NCBI GenBank assembly: GCA_902774115.1
Contig: CACYHH010000003.1
Coordinates: forward strand, 219,033-283,032
Reading direction: 5' to 3'
Origin: an uncultured Spirochaetales bacterium
Lineage (GTDB): Bacteria; UBP6; UBA1177
Length of the DNA stretch: 64,000 nt
Below, piece by piece: positions 49,249 to 58,272 of the stretch. Positions within the stretch are counted from its first letter, which is position 1; the number at the start of each line of letters is the position of its first letter. Position numbers and translations under genes: made by a program. The notes below the pieces were generated by a model. It was not told where the DNA came from. It saw only the letters and a program-made list of their open reading frames with translations, and did not search any database.

Positions 49249-50013
49249 TTAGAGGGAAATTTCAAATTTTATGACAAATTCGATAAGTGAATCGGCTGCC
49301 GAGCCGTCAGCGAGCTTTCCGGGTGAAAATTTATAGTTTTTTACGACCTTCAAAGCCGATTCCGAAAAAAGCTCGTGGTCGCTTTTTATGACTTTCGCCT
49401 TCAGGACTTTTCCTTCTTTCGAAATCAGAAGCTCAAGCGTGACGTTTCCTTCGACGCCTTCATCTTCGAGAACTTCCGGATAATCCGGGGTTTTCGGATT
49501 GATGGCTTTCGGGATCACGGCAAGCTCTCCGGCTCTTTTTGGCGCGCCGGCTTTTTCGTCGATATTTCGATATTTCGATATTTCGATATTTCGATTTGGC
49601 GCGCCGGTTGTCTCATCGATATTTCGAGATTTTGATATTTCGACATTTCGACTTGGCGCGCCGGTTTTGTCGTCGATATTTCGAGATTCCGATATTTCGG
49701 GATTTCGATCTTGCGCGCCGGTTTTGTCGTCGATATTTCGAGATTTCGATATTTCGATATTTCGATTGGGCGCGCGTTTTTTCTCGATATTTCGGGATTT
49801 CGATATTTCGACATTTCGACTTTCCGGCGCGCTGTTCTTTTCTTCACGAACAATCGAAATTTTTGTGATTTTCTTGAGGTAATCACTTGGATTTATTTCA
49901 CTTTTCAATTCGGGAACGAAAACAAACGCCAAGGCGTGAAGCAGAATCGAGACGGCTAATGCGATAAGAAGAAAACGGTTTTTTTTCAAGTCAGCCTTTT
50001 GCCAAAAATCCAA
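49249..50013 (-). CDS. tonB: TonB-family energy transducer with atypical repeat linker
   Basis: N-terminal TM anchor, 5 repeats of ~19 aa (SRNIEISKSRNIDDKTGAP) in place of a Pro-rich linker, C-terminal TonB domain (GNVTLELLISKEGKV...). Confidence 0.65.
   Translation of the reverse strand: MDFWQKADLKKNRFLLIALAVSILLHALAFVFVPELKSEINPSDYLKKITKISIVREEKNSAPESRNVEISKSRNIEKKRAPNRNIEISKSRNIDDKTGAQDRNPEISESRNIDDKTGAPSRNVEISKSRNIDETTGAPNRNIEISKYRNIDEKAGAPKRAGELAVIPKAINPKTPDYPEVLEDEGVEGNVTLELLISKEGKVLKAKVIKSDHELFSESALKVVKNYKFSPGKLADGSAADSLIEFVIKFEISL
49540..49840. repeat. Tandem ~57-nt coding repeats (about 5 copies) rich in cgatatttcga
   Basis: Units ...gcgcgccggtt(g/t)t(c/g)tc(a/g)tcgatatttcgagattt(c/t)gatatttcga... 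repeated; generates several spurious ORFs on both strands. Confidence 0.85.
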
Positions 50014-50151
50014 AACCGCGTGATTATACGCAATGAAAAAGATTGTTGAATTTTATTGCCGGAATATCTGCAAATTGTAGAAATTCCATAAAAAAACGGC
50101 CGCAGATAATTTTTTCTGGTATTTTTTTCAGGAAAGACTAAAATTCCGCCC

Positions 50152-51306
50152 ATGTTTGTTGTTGGAACGCCTGTTTTTTATCTTGCCCTTTTTGTTCTGG
50201 GGCTTTTTTTGATCCTGAAAAAGTTTTTTAAAGGAACTGCATTCAAGGTCATCGGCATAAATTTGATTGTCATTCTTTTTTTGATTGCGGTTTTTGATTC
50301 GGTTGCGGCGATGCTTTTTGACCGTTCGGATTCGTTCCGTGTCGTTGACAACTTCTATCATCACGGGCTTAAGGCGAATGTTGCCGAAAAGACTTCGTGG
50401 AAAAGCGACGGCGTTTCATTTTATCAGATTTATACGAATTCTCTCGGTTTCGTCGATGAAATAAACAGAGAAGTTCCGCTGAAAAAAAGCGGTAAGCGCA
50501 TTCTTGTTTTAGGCGACAGCTTTATGGAAGGCGTCGGCTATCCGTGGTCTCAGACCGTCCCCGGAATTTTGTCGGAGCGCTTCAAAAAGCAGGGAGTCGA
50601 ACTTCTTAACGCGGCGGTTATAAGCTATTCTCCGAAAATTTACTATCTCAAGCTGAAACATTTTCTCGAAATGGGCTTGGAAATCGATGAACTCTATGTT
50701 TTTATTGATATTTCAGACATTATAGACGAAGTGGTCTACGACTATTTCGTGCCGAAGGAATTTTCTCAATCCGAGCTTAAGTGGCAGAATCTCGACAATT
50801 TCTTTATTAAAGGTTCTTATATTTACAGAAGCACGAAAACAGACTATTTCGCAATGCAGATAAATCCTTACCACGAAAATTCACCGTTCTGGGGCGGGTT
50901 AGCCAATTTCTACGGCTTGAAACCGAGGTGGACTTACGACGAAAACGCAATGAAACTTTACGGTGAAAAAGGGATCGCTTTGGCGAAAAAACACATAGAT
51001 CTGATCCGTCAGATCTGCGATGAAAGAGGAATAAAGCTCCACATCGGTGTCTGGCCGTGGGACGAGCAGGCGAAAAACAAAAACGGCAGAAAGCAGCATG
51101 AAATCTGGAAAGAGTACACTGATAAGTATCATATTGATTTTATTTCGCTTTTCGATACTTTTGAATCTATGTCCGATGAAGAGATCGCTTCGATCGTCAT
51201 TAAAAACGACATCCATTGGAACGACAAAGGCAACGCTATCGTGGCTGATTATATCTGGCAGCATATTGTAAATAATTCGGAGGGAAAAAATGAAGTTGCT
51301 CAGTGA
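50152..51306 (+). CDS. Membrane-anchored SGNH/GDSL-type hydrolase
   Basis: Two N-terminal TM helices; GDSF block I (RILVLGDSFMEG) and C-terminal DIHWN (D-x-x-H) block. Confidence 0.6.
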   Translation: MFVVGTPVFYLALFVLGLFLILKKFFKGTAFKVIGINLIVILFLIAVFDSVAAMLFDRSDSFRVVDNFYHHGLKANVAEKTSWKSDGVSFYQIYTNSLGFVDEINREVPLKKSGKRILVLGDSFMEGVGYPWSQTVPGILSERFKKQGVELLNAAVISYSPKIYYLKLKHFLEMGLEIDELYVFIDISDIIDEVVYDYFVPKEFSQSELKWQNLDNFFIKGSYIYRSTKTDYFAMQINPYHENSPFWGGLANFYGLKPRWTYDENAMKLYGEKGIALAKKHIDLIRQICDERGIKLHIGVWPWDEQAKNKNGRKQHEIWKEYTDKYHIDFISLFDTFESMSDEEIASIVIKNDIHWNDKGNAIVADYIWQHIVNNSEGKNEVAQ

Positions 51307-52324
51307 GATCAAAGGTGACAAAATAGTCGAGTCGATAGAAAAACTCGTGAAAATTCCGTCTCCGACCGGTTTTACCGGCAAAGTGAAGGATTTTCTTGTC
51401 AAAAATGCCGGGAAAAAGGGAATTCCATGCACCGTAACAAAAAAAGGCGCGGTGATTTATTCTTTCGGTCCGCAGGATAAGCCGGGAACATTTTTTGCTG
51501 CCCATGTTGATGCACTCGGTGCGATCGTTACGTCTGTAGACGATGATTCTGAAAGAGTAAAAATCACGACAATAGGCGGTTATCCGGCACTTTATATAAT
51601 CGGTGAAATCTGCACGATCCACACCCGCAAAGGTAAAGAATACATTTCGACTTTCCTGCCAGAAAATCCGGCAGTTCACGTAAATTCCAGGCTGAAAGAG
51701 ATGGTTCCCGATTTCGACAACTGCTCGCTGAGAGTCGATCTAACGCTCAAAAAAGGTGAAAAGCTCAGCGATTTCATTTCCGTCGGCGATTTCGTTTCTT
51801 TGGACTGCGGCTTCAGATATGTTGACGGCTATGTTAATTCGCGTCACCTTGACGATAAGGCTTCAGCTGGAATATTTGTTTATCTTGCTGATATTATTAA
51901 GAAAAATGAAAGTGAGCTCAAAGGCAGAATTTCCTTTTTCTTCAATGTCACTGAGGAAACAGGGCAGGGGATCGCGGCAACTCCGCAGGGTGACGATTTA
52001 ATCGTTGTAGATATGGGTGTAGTCGGCGGAGACACGGCAGGAAGCGAAAAGTGCGTCAGCATATGCGCCAAAGATTCATCAGGTCCTTACAATTACGATC
52101 TGACAAACGAACTCATCGATCTTGCAGAGAAGAACAAAATCGCTTACAAAACCGATGTTTTCCCGTTCTACGGTTCTGACGGTTCGGCTCTTCTGCGTTC
52201 CTGCAGCGATACGAGAGTCGCTCTTATCGGTCAGGGTGTCAACGCAAGCCACGGCTACGAAAGAACTCATGTCGAAGGGCTTACGGCGACGGCTTCTTTG
52301 ATTCTTGCATATATTTTCGGTTAA
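51290..52324 (+). CDS. M42-family metallo-aminopeptidase (FrvX/YsdC-like)
   Basis: KLVKIPSPTGFTG, HVDALGAIVT (M42 H-x-D), 344 aa; GGAGGG RBS; overlaps upstream gene by 17 nt. Confidence 0.7.
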   Translation: MKLLSEIKGDKIVESIEKLVKIPSPTGFTGKVKDFLVKNAGKKGIPCTVTKKGAVIYSFGPQDKPGTFFAAHVDALGAIVTSVDDDSERVKITTIGGYPALYIIGEICTIHTRKGKEYISTFLPENPAVHVNSRLKEMVPDFDNCSLRVDLTLKKGEKLSDFISVGDFVSLDCGFRYVDGYVNSRHLDDKASAGIFVYLADIIKKNESELKGRISFFFNVTEETGQGIAATPQGDDLIVVDMGVVGGDTAGSEKCVSICAKDSSGPYNYDLTNELIDLAEKNKIAYKTDVFPFYGSDGSALLRSCSDTRVALIGQGVNASHGYERTHVEGLTATASLILAYIFG

Positions 52325-52327
52325 ATC

Positions 52328-53455
52328 ATGAAAAGACCTGACGGTTCGCTCATAAGTTTTATGAGCAATCTTGTAAAAAAGAACGGCGGAATCAACTGCG
52401 CGCAGGGAATTCCCGGCTTTGAACCGCCGAAAGAGCTTATCTCGGAACTTGTTTCAGCGGCACAGACTCCGATCCATCAGTATCCGGCCGGAAACGGAAA
52501 CCCGAAACTGCGCGTACTTATTTCTTCGGGGCTTTGCGGAAACAGCGGAATGAGTGCTGAAAATGTTCTCGTCACAAACGGAGCGACTGAAGCGATTTCT
52601 CTGATTTATCTTTATTTAAGGCAAAAAAACAGTGGAAATTTCACTGTTCTTTCGTTTGATCCGGTTTATGAAAGTTACGCCAATCTGCCGAAAATTTACG
52701 GTGACAGATTTTTGTGCGAATATCCGGATGGATCGGGTTCTTTTGATTTTGATTCGATTGAAAACCGCGTGAAAAATGAAAAAGTAAACCTGATTCTGCT
52801 CTGCTCTCCCGGAAATCCGCTCGGAAAAATCTGGAAAAAAGAAGAAATTTCAAAACTTTACGAAATCTGCAAAAAATACGGCGCCAACCTTGTTTTTGAC
52901 GCTGTCTACAGCGATCTTTACTTCGGCGGGAAACCCTATCTTCCGTTCGAACTTGTTGACGATACACTTTTTGTCGTTTCGGCGTTTTCAAAGATGCTTT
53001 CAATTACCGGCTGGCGTGTGGGTTACATTGTAGGCTCAACACAACATATTGAAAATCTTGCAAAAATTCATGATTATACCGGTCTATGCACTCCTTCGGT
53101 TTTGCAGGCGGCAATTGCCGGATATCTGGAAAAGAACGGTTTCGGCAGGGATTATCTGGCTTTTTTGAGAGGAAAAGTGCGGGAGTCTTTCGAAATAATG
53201 CACTCAGCACTTCAAAAAAGCGGTTTTTATATGCCTTCGATCGACGGCGGCTATTTTGTCTGGGCAAAAATTCCTGAACATTTCACTGATGGTTTCAAAT
53301 TTGCGATGGATTTGTATGAAAGCAAAAAAGTCGGCACTGTCCCAGGTGTTCATTTTAGCGAAAAAGGTAATGATTTCATAAGGATAAGTATCGCAAAAAA
53401 TGCTGCTGAAATAAAAGAGGCCGCTCTCAGAATAGCCGATTTCGTAAAGCTGTGA
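52328..53455 (+). CDS. Class I/II PLP-dependent aminotransferase
   Basis: 375 aa; PLP-Lys motif SAFSKMLSITGWRVGY; NGAT, CSPGNPLG motifs. Confidence 0.75.
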   Translation: MKRPDGSLISFMSNLVKKNGGINCAQGIPGFEPPKELISELVSAAQTPIHQYPAGNGNPKLRVLISSGLCGNSGMSAENVLVTNGATEAISLIYLYLRQKNSGNFTVLSFDPVYESYANLPKIYGDRFLCEYPDGSGSFDFDSIENRVKNEKVNLILLCSPGNPLGKIWKKEEISKLYEICKKYGANLVFDAVYSDLYFGGKPYLPFELVDDTLFVVSAFSKMLSITGWRVGYIVGSTQHIENLAKIHDYTGLCTPSVLQAAIAGYLEKNGFGRDYLAFLRGKVRESFEIMHSALQKSGFYMPSIDGGYFVWAKIPEHFTDGFKFAMDLYESKKVGTVPGVHFSEKGNDFIRISIAKNAAEIKEAALRIADFVKL

Positions 53456-53481
53456 TTTCCTTTAAATAGTTTCCTTAAGGA

Positions 53482-54189
53482 TTGGACTTTAATAAATTTT
53501 TTCCTATAATCCGTAAGTTTTTAGGAGGTGTTTTTTTGGGCAGACTGCTTTTTTTTCTATCTTTCTGCAAAAAGATATTTTTTCTCTTTGCAATTTTTCT
53601 CCTTTTTTTCGCTCAGGGAAATCTTTTTGTATATCTCGAAAATATGGTTTCCTGCTTCCCTGTAACTATGATCACGACGCAGAAAGAGCCGGTAGAAAAG
53701 GCGGTTTCGGAGATAAAAGTCTGTTCTCTTTCGGTGCAGAGCGAAAGAATGACATTCGATTCATCGATTTTCAACCATTACGAAGCTCTTCCGGTGAAGG
53801 AAATTTATCTTTATTCCATGAAGATCCCGTATGAAAACTGGAGTGAACTCAAAAACATGGATGACGTGATAACCGAAGCAAATCCGTACATCGAGGATAT
53901 TGTTTCTTCGTATGTCGCTTCAAAAATCAAATTTCAGCTGTTTTCATTCATTTTTCTGATGCTTGCCGGTGTTTATTTTGTCTTTAAAATTGTTGCGTCA
54001 AACAAATCTTCAAAAAAACGTTTTTTTGTTGTTTCGATAATTATTTCAGTACTTTATCTTTCAGCGTCTGTCGCTCTACTGAATGTTTTTCCTGCATTTG
54101 TGATGCCGCTTTCGGCGGTTTCCTCCGGAGTTTTGTTGTTGGTTTATGTGATAATTTCGCTTTTAAATTACAGGTTTGCAAAATGGTAA
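53482..54189 (+). CDS. Hypothetical multi-pass membrane protein
   Basis: 235 aa with 4-5 hydrophobic helices; tightly packed in operon. Confidence 0.5.
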   Translation: MDFNKFFPIIRKFLGGVFLGRLLFFLSFCKKIFFLFAIFLLFFAQGNLFVYLENMVSCFPVTMITTQKEPVEKAVSEIKVCSLSVQSERMTFDSSIFNHYEALPVKEIYLYSMKIPYENWSELKNMDDVITEANPYIEDIVSSYVASKIKFQLFSFIFLMLAGVYFVFKIVASNKSSKKRFFVVSIIISVLYLSASVALLNVFPAFVMPLSAVSSGVLLLVYVIISLLNYRFAKW

Positions 54190-55373
54190 GTAAAATTTAT
54201 AAAATTGTCTGCACTTTATTCTGTGCGTTTTTTGTTTTTTCATGCATGTCCCACGGAAATACGGTCGCCGTTGACGATGATTATTCCGATACAGAACCCG
54301 AAGTTGCCGACATTTCGGATTCTGAAACGGATAATGACGATAGTTCGGAAACAGATGTCCGGCCGTACGAAGATGCAGATTTTATTGAAGATTACGACTA
54401 TGTTGATGAAGATGCAGATGCTGAGTCTGACGAAGATTTCGATGTTTCAACTGATGAAGACATGGATTCGACCGGCGATGATTTTGATATTGTTGACGAT
54501 GCCGATTTAATTGAGGAAACCGATGATTTTGACGGTGATTCCGTTCAGATCAGAATTGTTGCCGGTAATATAACGAGCGGGAACAATCAGTCTTACGATC
54601 CGGGGCACGGAATAAGGATTTTTCAGGCTTTGAAGCCCGATATCGCACTCGTTCAGGAGATGAATTATGGCAGCAATACCTCAAGCGACTACAAAAATTT
54701 CGCGCAGAAGATTGTCGGAACAAATTACTACGCCGTTGATGATGCAGATTATGATATTCCGAACGGTGTTGTGAGCAAATATCCGATAACTTCGCATGGT
54801 TACTGGAAAGATCCCAATATCAACAACAGGGCTTTGATGTGGGCCGTTGTCGATATTCCCGGAAATACCGATATTTTTGCGGTAAGTGTTCATCTTCACA
54901 CGGATCCCGCTTCGGATCAAGTCAAGGCGGCACAGGTTATTGTTGACGAAATCAAAAAACTCGAATCGTCGAATCCCGGCAGATATTACTATGTCGTAGG
55001 CGGCGATTTCAACGGCGATTCTGCTGTTTCATCAAACGGATTCGGCAAAAACAACACTTTTTATATCAGCGGTCCCGATCCTGTTGATGAAGAAGATAAC
55101 TGCAACACAAACAGGAACAGAAACAAGCAGTATGATTTCGTTTTAGCTGACTATCCGCTGCACGAATTCCAGATCCCCGTTGTTTATTATTCTTCAAAAG
55201 ATCCTGAAAAAACAAAAATTTTTGAAAACGGACTCGTTTTTGACACGCGTGTTTACGAAAAGAAAGAGAGCGAACTTAATGAATATTTTTCTCCGGCGCA
55301 GCTAAACGATTCCGGCGCTTCGAGTATGCAGCACATGGCTGTAGTCAAAGATTTTCTGATTGAGTTGAAATAA
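54183..55373 (+). CDS. Secreted endonuclease/exonuclease/phosphatase (EEP)-family lipoprotein with poly-acidic linker
   Basis: Lipobox FVFSCMS; ~110-aa D/E-rich linker; EEP blocks (IRIVAGNITSGNNQ, LVQEMN, SVHLH, GGDFNGD). Confidence 0.65.
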   Translation: MVSKIYKIVCTLFCAFFVFSCMSHGNTVAVDDDYSDTEPEVADISDSETDNDDSSETDVRPYEDADFIEDYDYVDEDADAESDEDFDVSTDEDMDSTGDDFDIVDDADLIEETDDFDGDSVQIRIVAGNITSGNNQSYDPGHGIRIFQALKPDIALVQEMNYGSNTSSDYKNFAQKIVGTNYYAVDDADYDIPNGVVSKYPITSHGYWKDPNINNRALMWAVVDIPGNTDIFAVSVHLHTDPASDQVKAAQVIVDEIKKLESSNPGRYYYVVGGDFNGDSAVSSNGFGKNNTFYISGPDPVDEEDNCNTNRNRNKQYDFVLADYPLHEFQIPVVYYSSKDPEKTKIFENGLVFDTRVYEKKESELNEYFSPAQLNDSGASSMQHMAVVKDFLIELK

Positions 55374-56120
55374 ATGAAGGAAGATTTTCTCCCAGGAAAC
55401 AGATTTGCAAGGATTTACCGCTTCAAGGAAGTGACTTCAACTATGGATGTCTGCGAAGATTTAATAAAATCAGGTATCTGCAAAGGCATTGTTGTCGCGG
55501 ATTCCCAGACTTCGGGGCGCGGAAGAAACGCGAAAAAATGGGTTTCAGCTGCCAACGGCAACATCTATCTTTCGTTTTTTGATGTTATTGATGAAGTTTC
55601 TCCGATAAACCTTATACCGCAGAGATGCGCGGTCGCGGCGTATTCGGCGGTTTCGCAGTTTGTAAAAAATGCGGTGGTTCAAATAAAATGGCCGAACGAC
55701 ATATTTGTCGGAATGAAAAAAGTGTCCGGAATCATTGCCAAAACTATGCTTTTTGAAGGAAAGAGGTTCTATATCTGCGGGATCGGCGTGAATGTTTTCA
55801 TGCCTGAAGACCGTGAAAAAAATTTTGTCTGGGAGCCGACGGCGGTTTCAGAATACTGCGAAGTTCCTAGTGAAGAAGTTTTGAGAGCTCTGACCAGATG
55901 GACAGATTTTGCTTTTTCTGCCGGAAATGCTGAAATTATTGATATTTATTCAAAGAATATCAGCTGGATGATTGATCGCGAAATTGTTTTTTCCCAAGAT
56001 TTACTCCACAATGAAAAAGGGAAAATTGTCGGATTTTCAAAAAATTTTTCTGTGATAAAAATTTTGACTGAAAACGGTTTGAAAGAGCTTTCGGCTCTTT
56101 CGGTTTTATCCATAGCTTAA
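55374..56120 (+). CDS. birA: Biotin--[acetyl-CoA-carboxylase] ligase (no N-terminal HTH)
   Basis: QTSGRGRNAKKW biotin-binding GRGR motif; 248 aa. Confidence 0.8.
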   Translation: MKEDFLPGNRFARIYRFKEVTSTMDVCEDLIKSGICKGIVVADSQTSGRGRNAKKWVSAANGNIYLSFFDVIDEVSPINLIPQRCAVAAYSAVSQFVKNAVVQIKWPNDIFVGMKKVSGIIAKTMLFEGKRFYICGIGVNVFMPEDREKNFVWEPTAVSEYCEVPSEEVLRALTRWTDFAFSAGNAEIIDIYSKNISWMIDREIVFSQDLLHNEKGKIVGFSKNFSVIKILTENGLKELSALSVLSIA

Positions 56121-56130
56121 GGGTGAGAAG

Positions 56131-58263
56131 ATGAAAGAATGGACATATAAGCCGATTAAACGAAACAGATTCTTTATGGCTGCGATCATTGTCTTTTTGG
56201 CGTTTTTGTTAAACTATATTCCGTCAAAGATAGCGTTGGCGTTGGATATGCCGGTATTTCTGGACTCAATCGGAACTGTTGTCGCCGGAATGCTCGGCGG
56301 AAACCTGCCGGCGGTAATAGCGGGATTCTGCGGGAACGCCGTCAACGGAATTTCCGACATACCGACATTATACTACGGTGTTATAAGCATTATGATAGGA
56401 AGTATGGCAGCCATTTTCCAGAGAAACGGATTCTTTAAAAATATCGGCGGAGTGCTTGCAGCTATATTGGTTTTCTCTCTTCTGGGCGGCGGTCTGGGCT
56501 CGATCCTGACATATTTTCTCTACGGTTACGATTTCGGCGAGGGGATTTCGGCGCCGTTTGCTCTCTGGATATACGGACATCTGGGATTTTCCAAGTTCTT
56601 TTCCCAGCTTTGTGCGGATATAATCATTGATGTTTTTGACAAGTCTATTGTTGTAGCATGTTCGCTTCTGCTTTATCATGCAATACCCAAAAAATCCAGA
56701 AGACTGGCAAAATATCTGTTTCTCTTTTTCCCCGATTCCGACGATGAATACAGAACTGCACGGCGCGACCGCGACATACGGCGCTCTCTTATCAAAAAGG
56801 TTGTCGTCATGGTCATTGTTGCCGAAATTCTTCTCGGAACTTTGGCGAGCGTCACCGGCTTTGTTCTTTACAGACAGGTCGCTATCAGCAAATTTATCGG
56901 TATGGCAAACGGTGTAACCAAGGCCGCGTCGGTAGTGATCGATTCAGAAAGGCTGGAGGAGTTCCTTGAAAAAGGGAGAAAAGCGGAAGGTTACAATGAA
57001 ATAGAGCAGAATCTTTATAAAATAAAGGAAAGTTTTCCTAAGACTATGTATCTTTATGTCTATAAAATACTTGAAGACGGCTGTCATGTTGTGTTTGATC
57101 TTGACTCTGAAGGCGGTGTGGAAGCAAGTCAGCCCGGTGAAATCATGGAATTTGATCCGACATTCGTGCCGTATCTGCCTAAACTTTTCAAAGGAGAGGA
57201 AATCGAGCCGATTTTTTCCGACGACCAGTTCGGCAAGCTTCTCACGGTTTATAAACCGCTGAAAGGTTCCACTTATGTCGCGGCGGATATTACTATCAGC
57301 GAGATCACGGCGGATGAGGCGAAGTTCGTCGTCAAGCTGCTTTCGATGTTTTTCGGGCTTTCGATAATTATAATGAGCGTTGTTCTCGAATTTGTAAACC
57401 GCGGCATCGTCTATCCGGTAAACAGAATGGCAGCAGCTTCGATACAGTTTGCCTACAATCTGGGACATGGTGTCGATCCCAAACAGCTTCTCAAAGGAAT
57501 CACAGATCTGAAAATCCACACTTTCGACGAAATAGAATACCTTTACAAAGCGATAATGAAGATGGGCGGCGATTCTATGGACTACATCGATCAGCTTCAT
57601 AAGCAGACGGAGCGGATCATGAGAATGCAGGAAGAGATTATTCTTAACTTCGCGGAAATGGTCGAAGCACGCGATATCAGCACAGGAAACCACGTCAAAA
57701 AGACGGCATTCTATGTCGAGGCGATAGCAAAGGAACTTCAGAGGACTGGCAAGTTTAAAGATGTCCTGACTGACGATTATGTCAAAGTTCTGAAACGTTC
57801 CGCACCTCTCCACGATATCGGCAAAATCGCCGTTTCAGACCTGATTCTGAACAAACCTGGAAGGTTCACCGATGAAGAGTTCAAAATCATGCAGAGCCAC
57901 ACTACCGAAGGAAAGAACATTCTTACAAAAATAGAAGCCAACGCAAGCGATATGGATGAAGGCTACCTGAAAGAATCGATTGAAATGGCGCACTACCACC
58001 ATGAAAAATGGGACGGAACCGGTTATCCGACCAAAATCAAAGGCGATGAAATCCCGCTTGCGGCACGAATCATGGCGGTTGCCGATGTCTTCGACGCTCT
58101 TGTTGCCGAGCGTGTCTACAAGAAGTCGTTCCCTTACGAAAAAGCGATGGAGATCATTACCGAAGGCTCTGGAAAGGCTTTCGATCCGGTTGTCGTAGAG
58201 GCTTTCACCCATATTTCAAAGGAACTTTATGACGAGCGCACTCAGCTGAAAAAAGAGGATTAA
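56131..58263 (+). CDS. Membrane-associated HD-GYP domain phosphodiesterase
   Basis: N-terminal ~6-TM domain, second TM pair flanking a ~150-aa extracytoplasmic segment, C-terminal HD domain with HHEKWDGTGYP (HD-GYP signature). Confidence 0.8.
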   Translation: MKEWTYKPIKRNRFFMAAIIVFLAFLLNYIPSKIALALDMPVFLDSIGTVVAGMLGGNLPAVIAGFCGNAVNGISDIPTLYYGVISIMIGSMAAIFQRNGFFKNIGGVLAAILVFSLLGGGLGSILTYFLYGYDFGEGISAPFALWIYGHLGFSKFFSQLCADIIIDVFDKSIVVACSLLLYHAIPKKSRRLAKYLFLFFPDSDDEYRTARRDRDIRRSLIKKVVVMVIVAEILLGTLASVTGFVLYRQVAISKFIGMANGVTKAASVVIDSERLEEFLEKGRKAEGYNEIEQNLYKIKESFPKTMYLYVYKILEDGCHVVFDLDSEGGVEASQPGEIMEFDPTFVPYLPKLFKGEEIEPIFSDDQFGKLLTVYKPLKGSTYVAADITISEITADEAKFVVKLLSMFFGLSIIIMSVVLEFVNRGIVYPVNRMAAASIQFAYNLGHGVDPKQLLKGITDLKIHTFDEIEYLYKAIMKMGGDSMDYIDQLHKQTERIMRMQEEIILNFAEMVEARDISTGNHVKKTAFYVEAIAKELQRTGKFKDVLTDDYVKVLKRSAPLHDIGKIAVSDLILNKPGRFTDEEFKIMQSHTTEGKNILTKIEANASDMDEGYLKESIEMAHYHHEKWDGTGYPTKIKGDEIPLAARIMAVADVFDALVAERVYKKSFPYEKAMEIITEGSGKAFDPVVVEAFTHISKELYDERTQLKKED

Positions 58264-58272
58264 AGAAGAATC

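Noticed and set aside
49375-49959. Several 82-127-aa ORFs on both strands inside the tonB repeat region
   Set aside because: They are created by the ~57-nt tandem repeats (cgatatttcga units). They overlap the well-supported TonB frame, which has the TM anchor and C-terminal domain.
56944-57813. 289-aa ORF antisense to the HD-GYP gene
   Set aside because: It overlaps the HD domain coding region, and the sense frame contains HHEKWDGTGYP.
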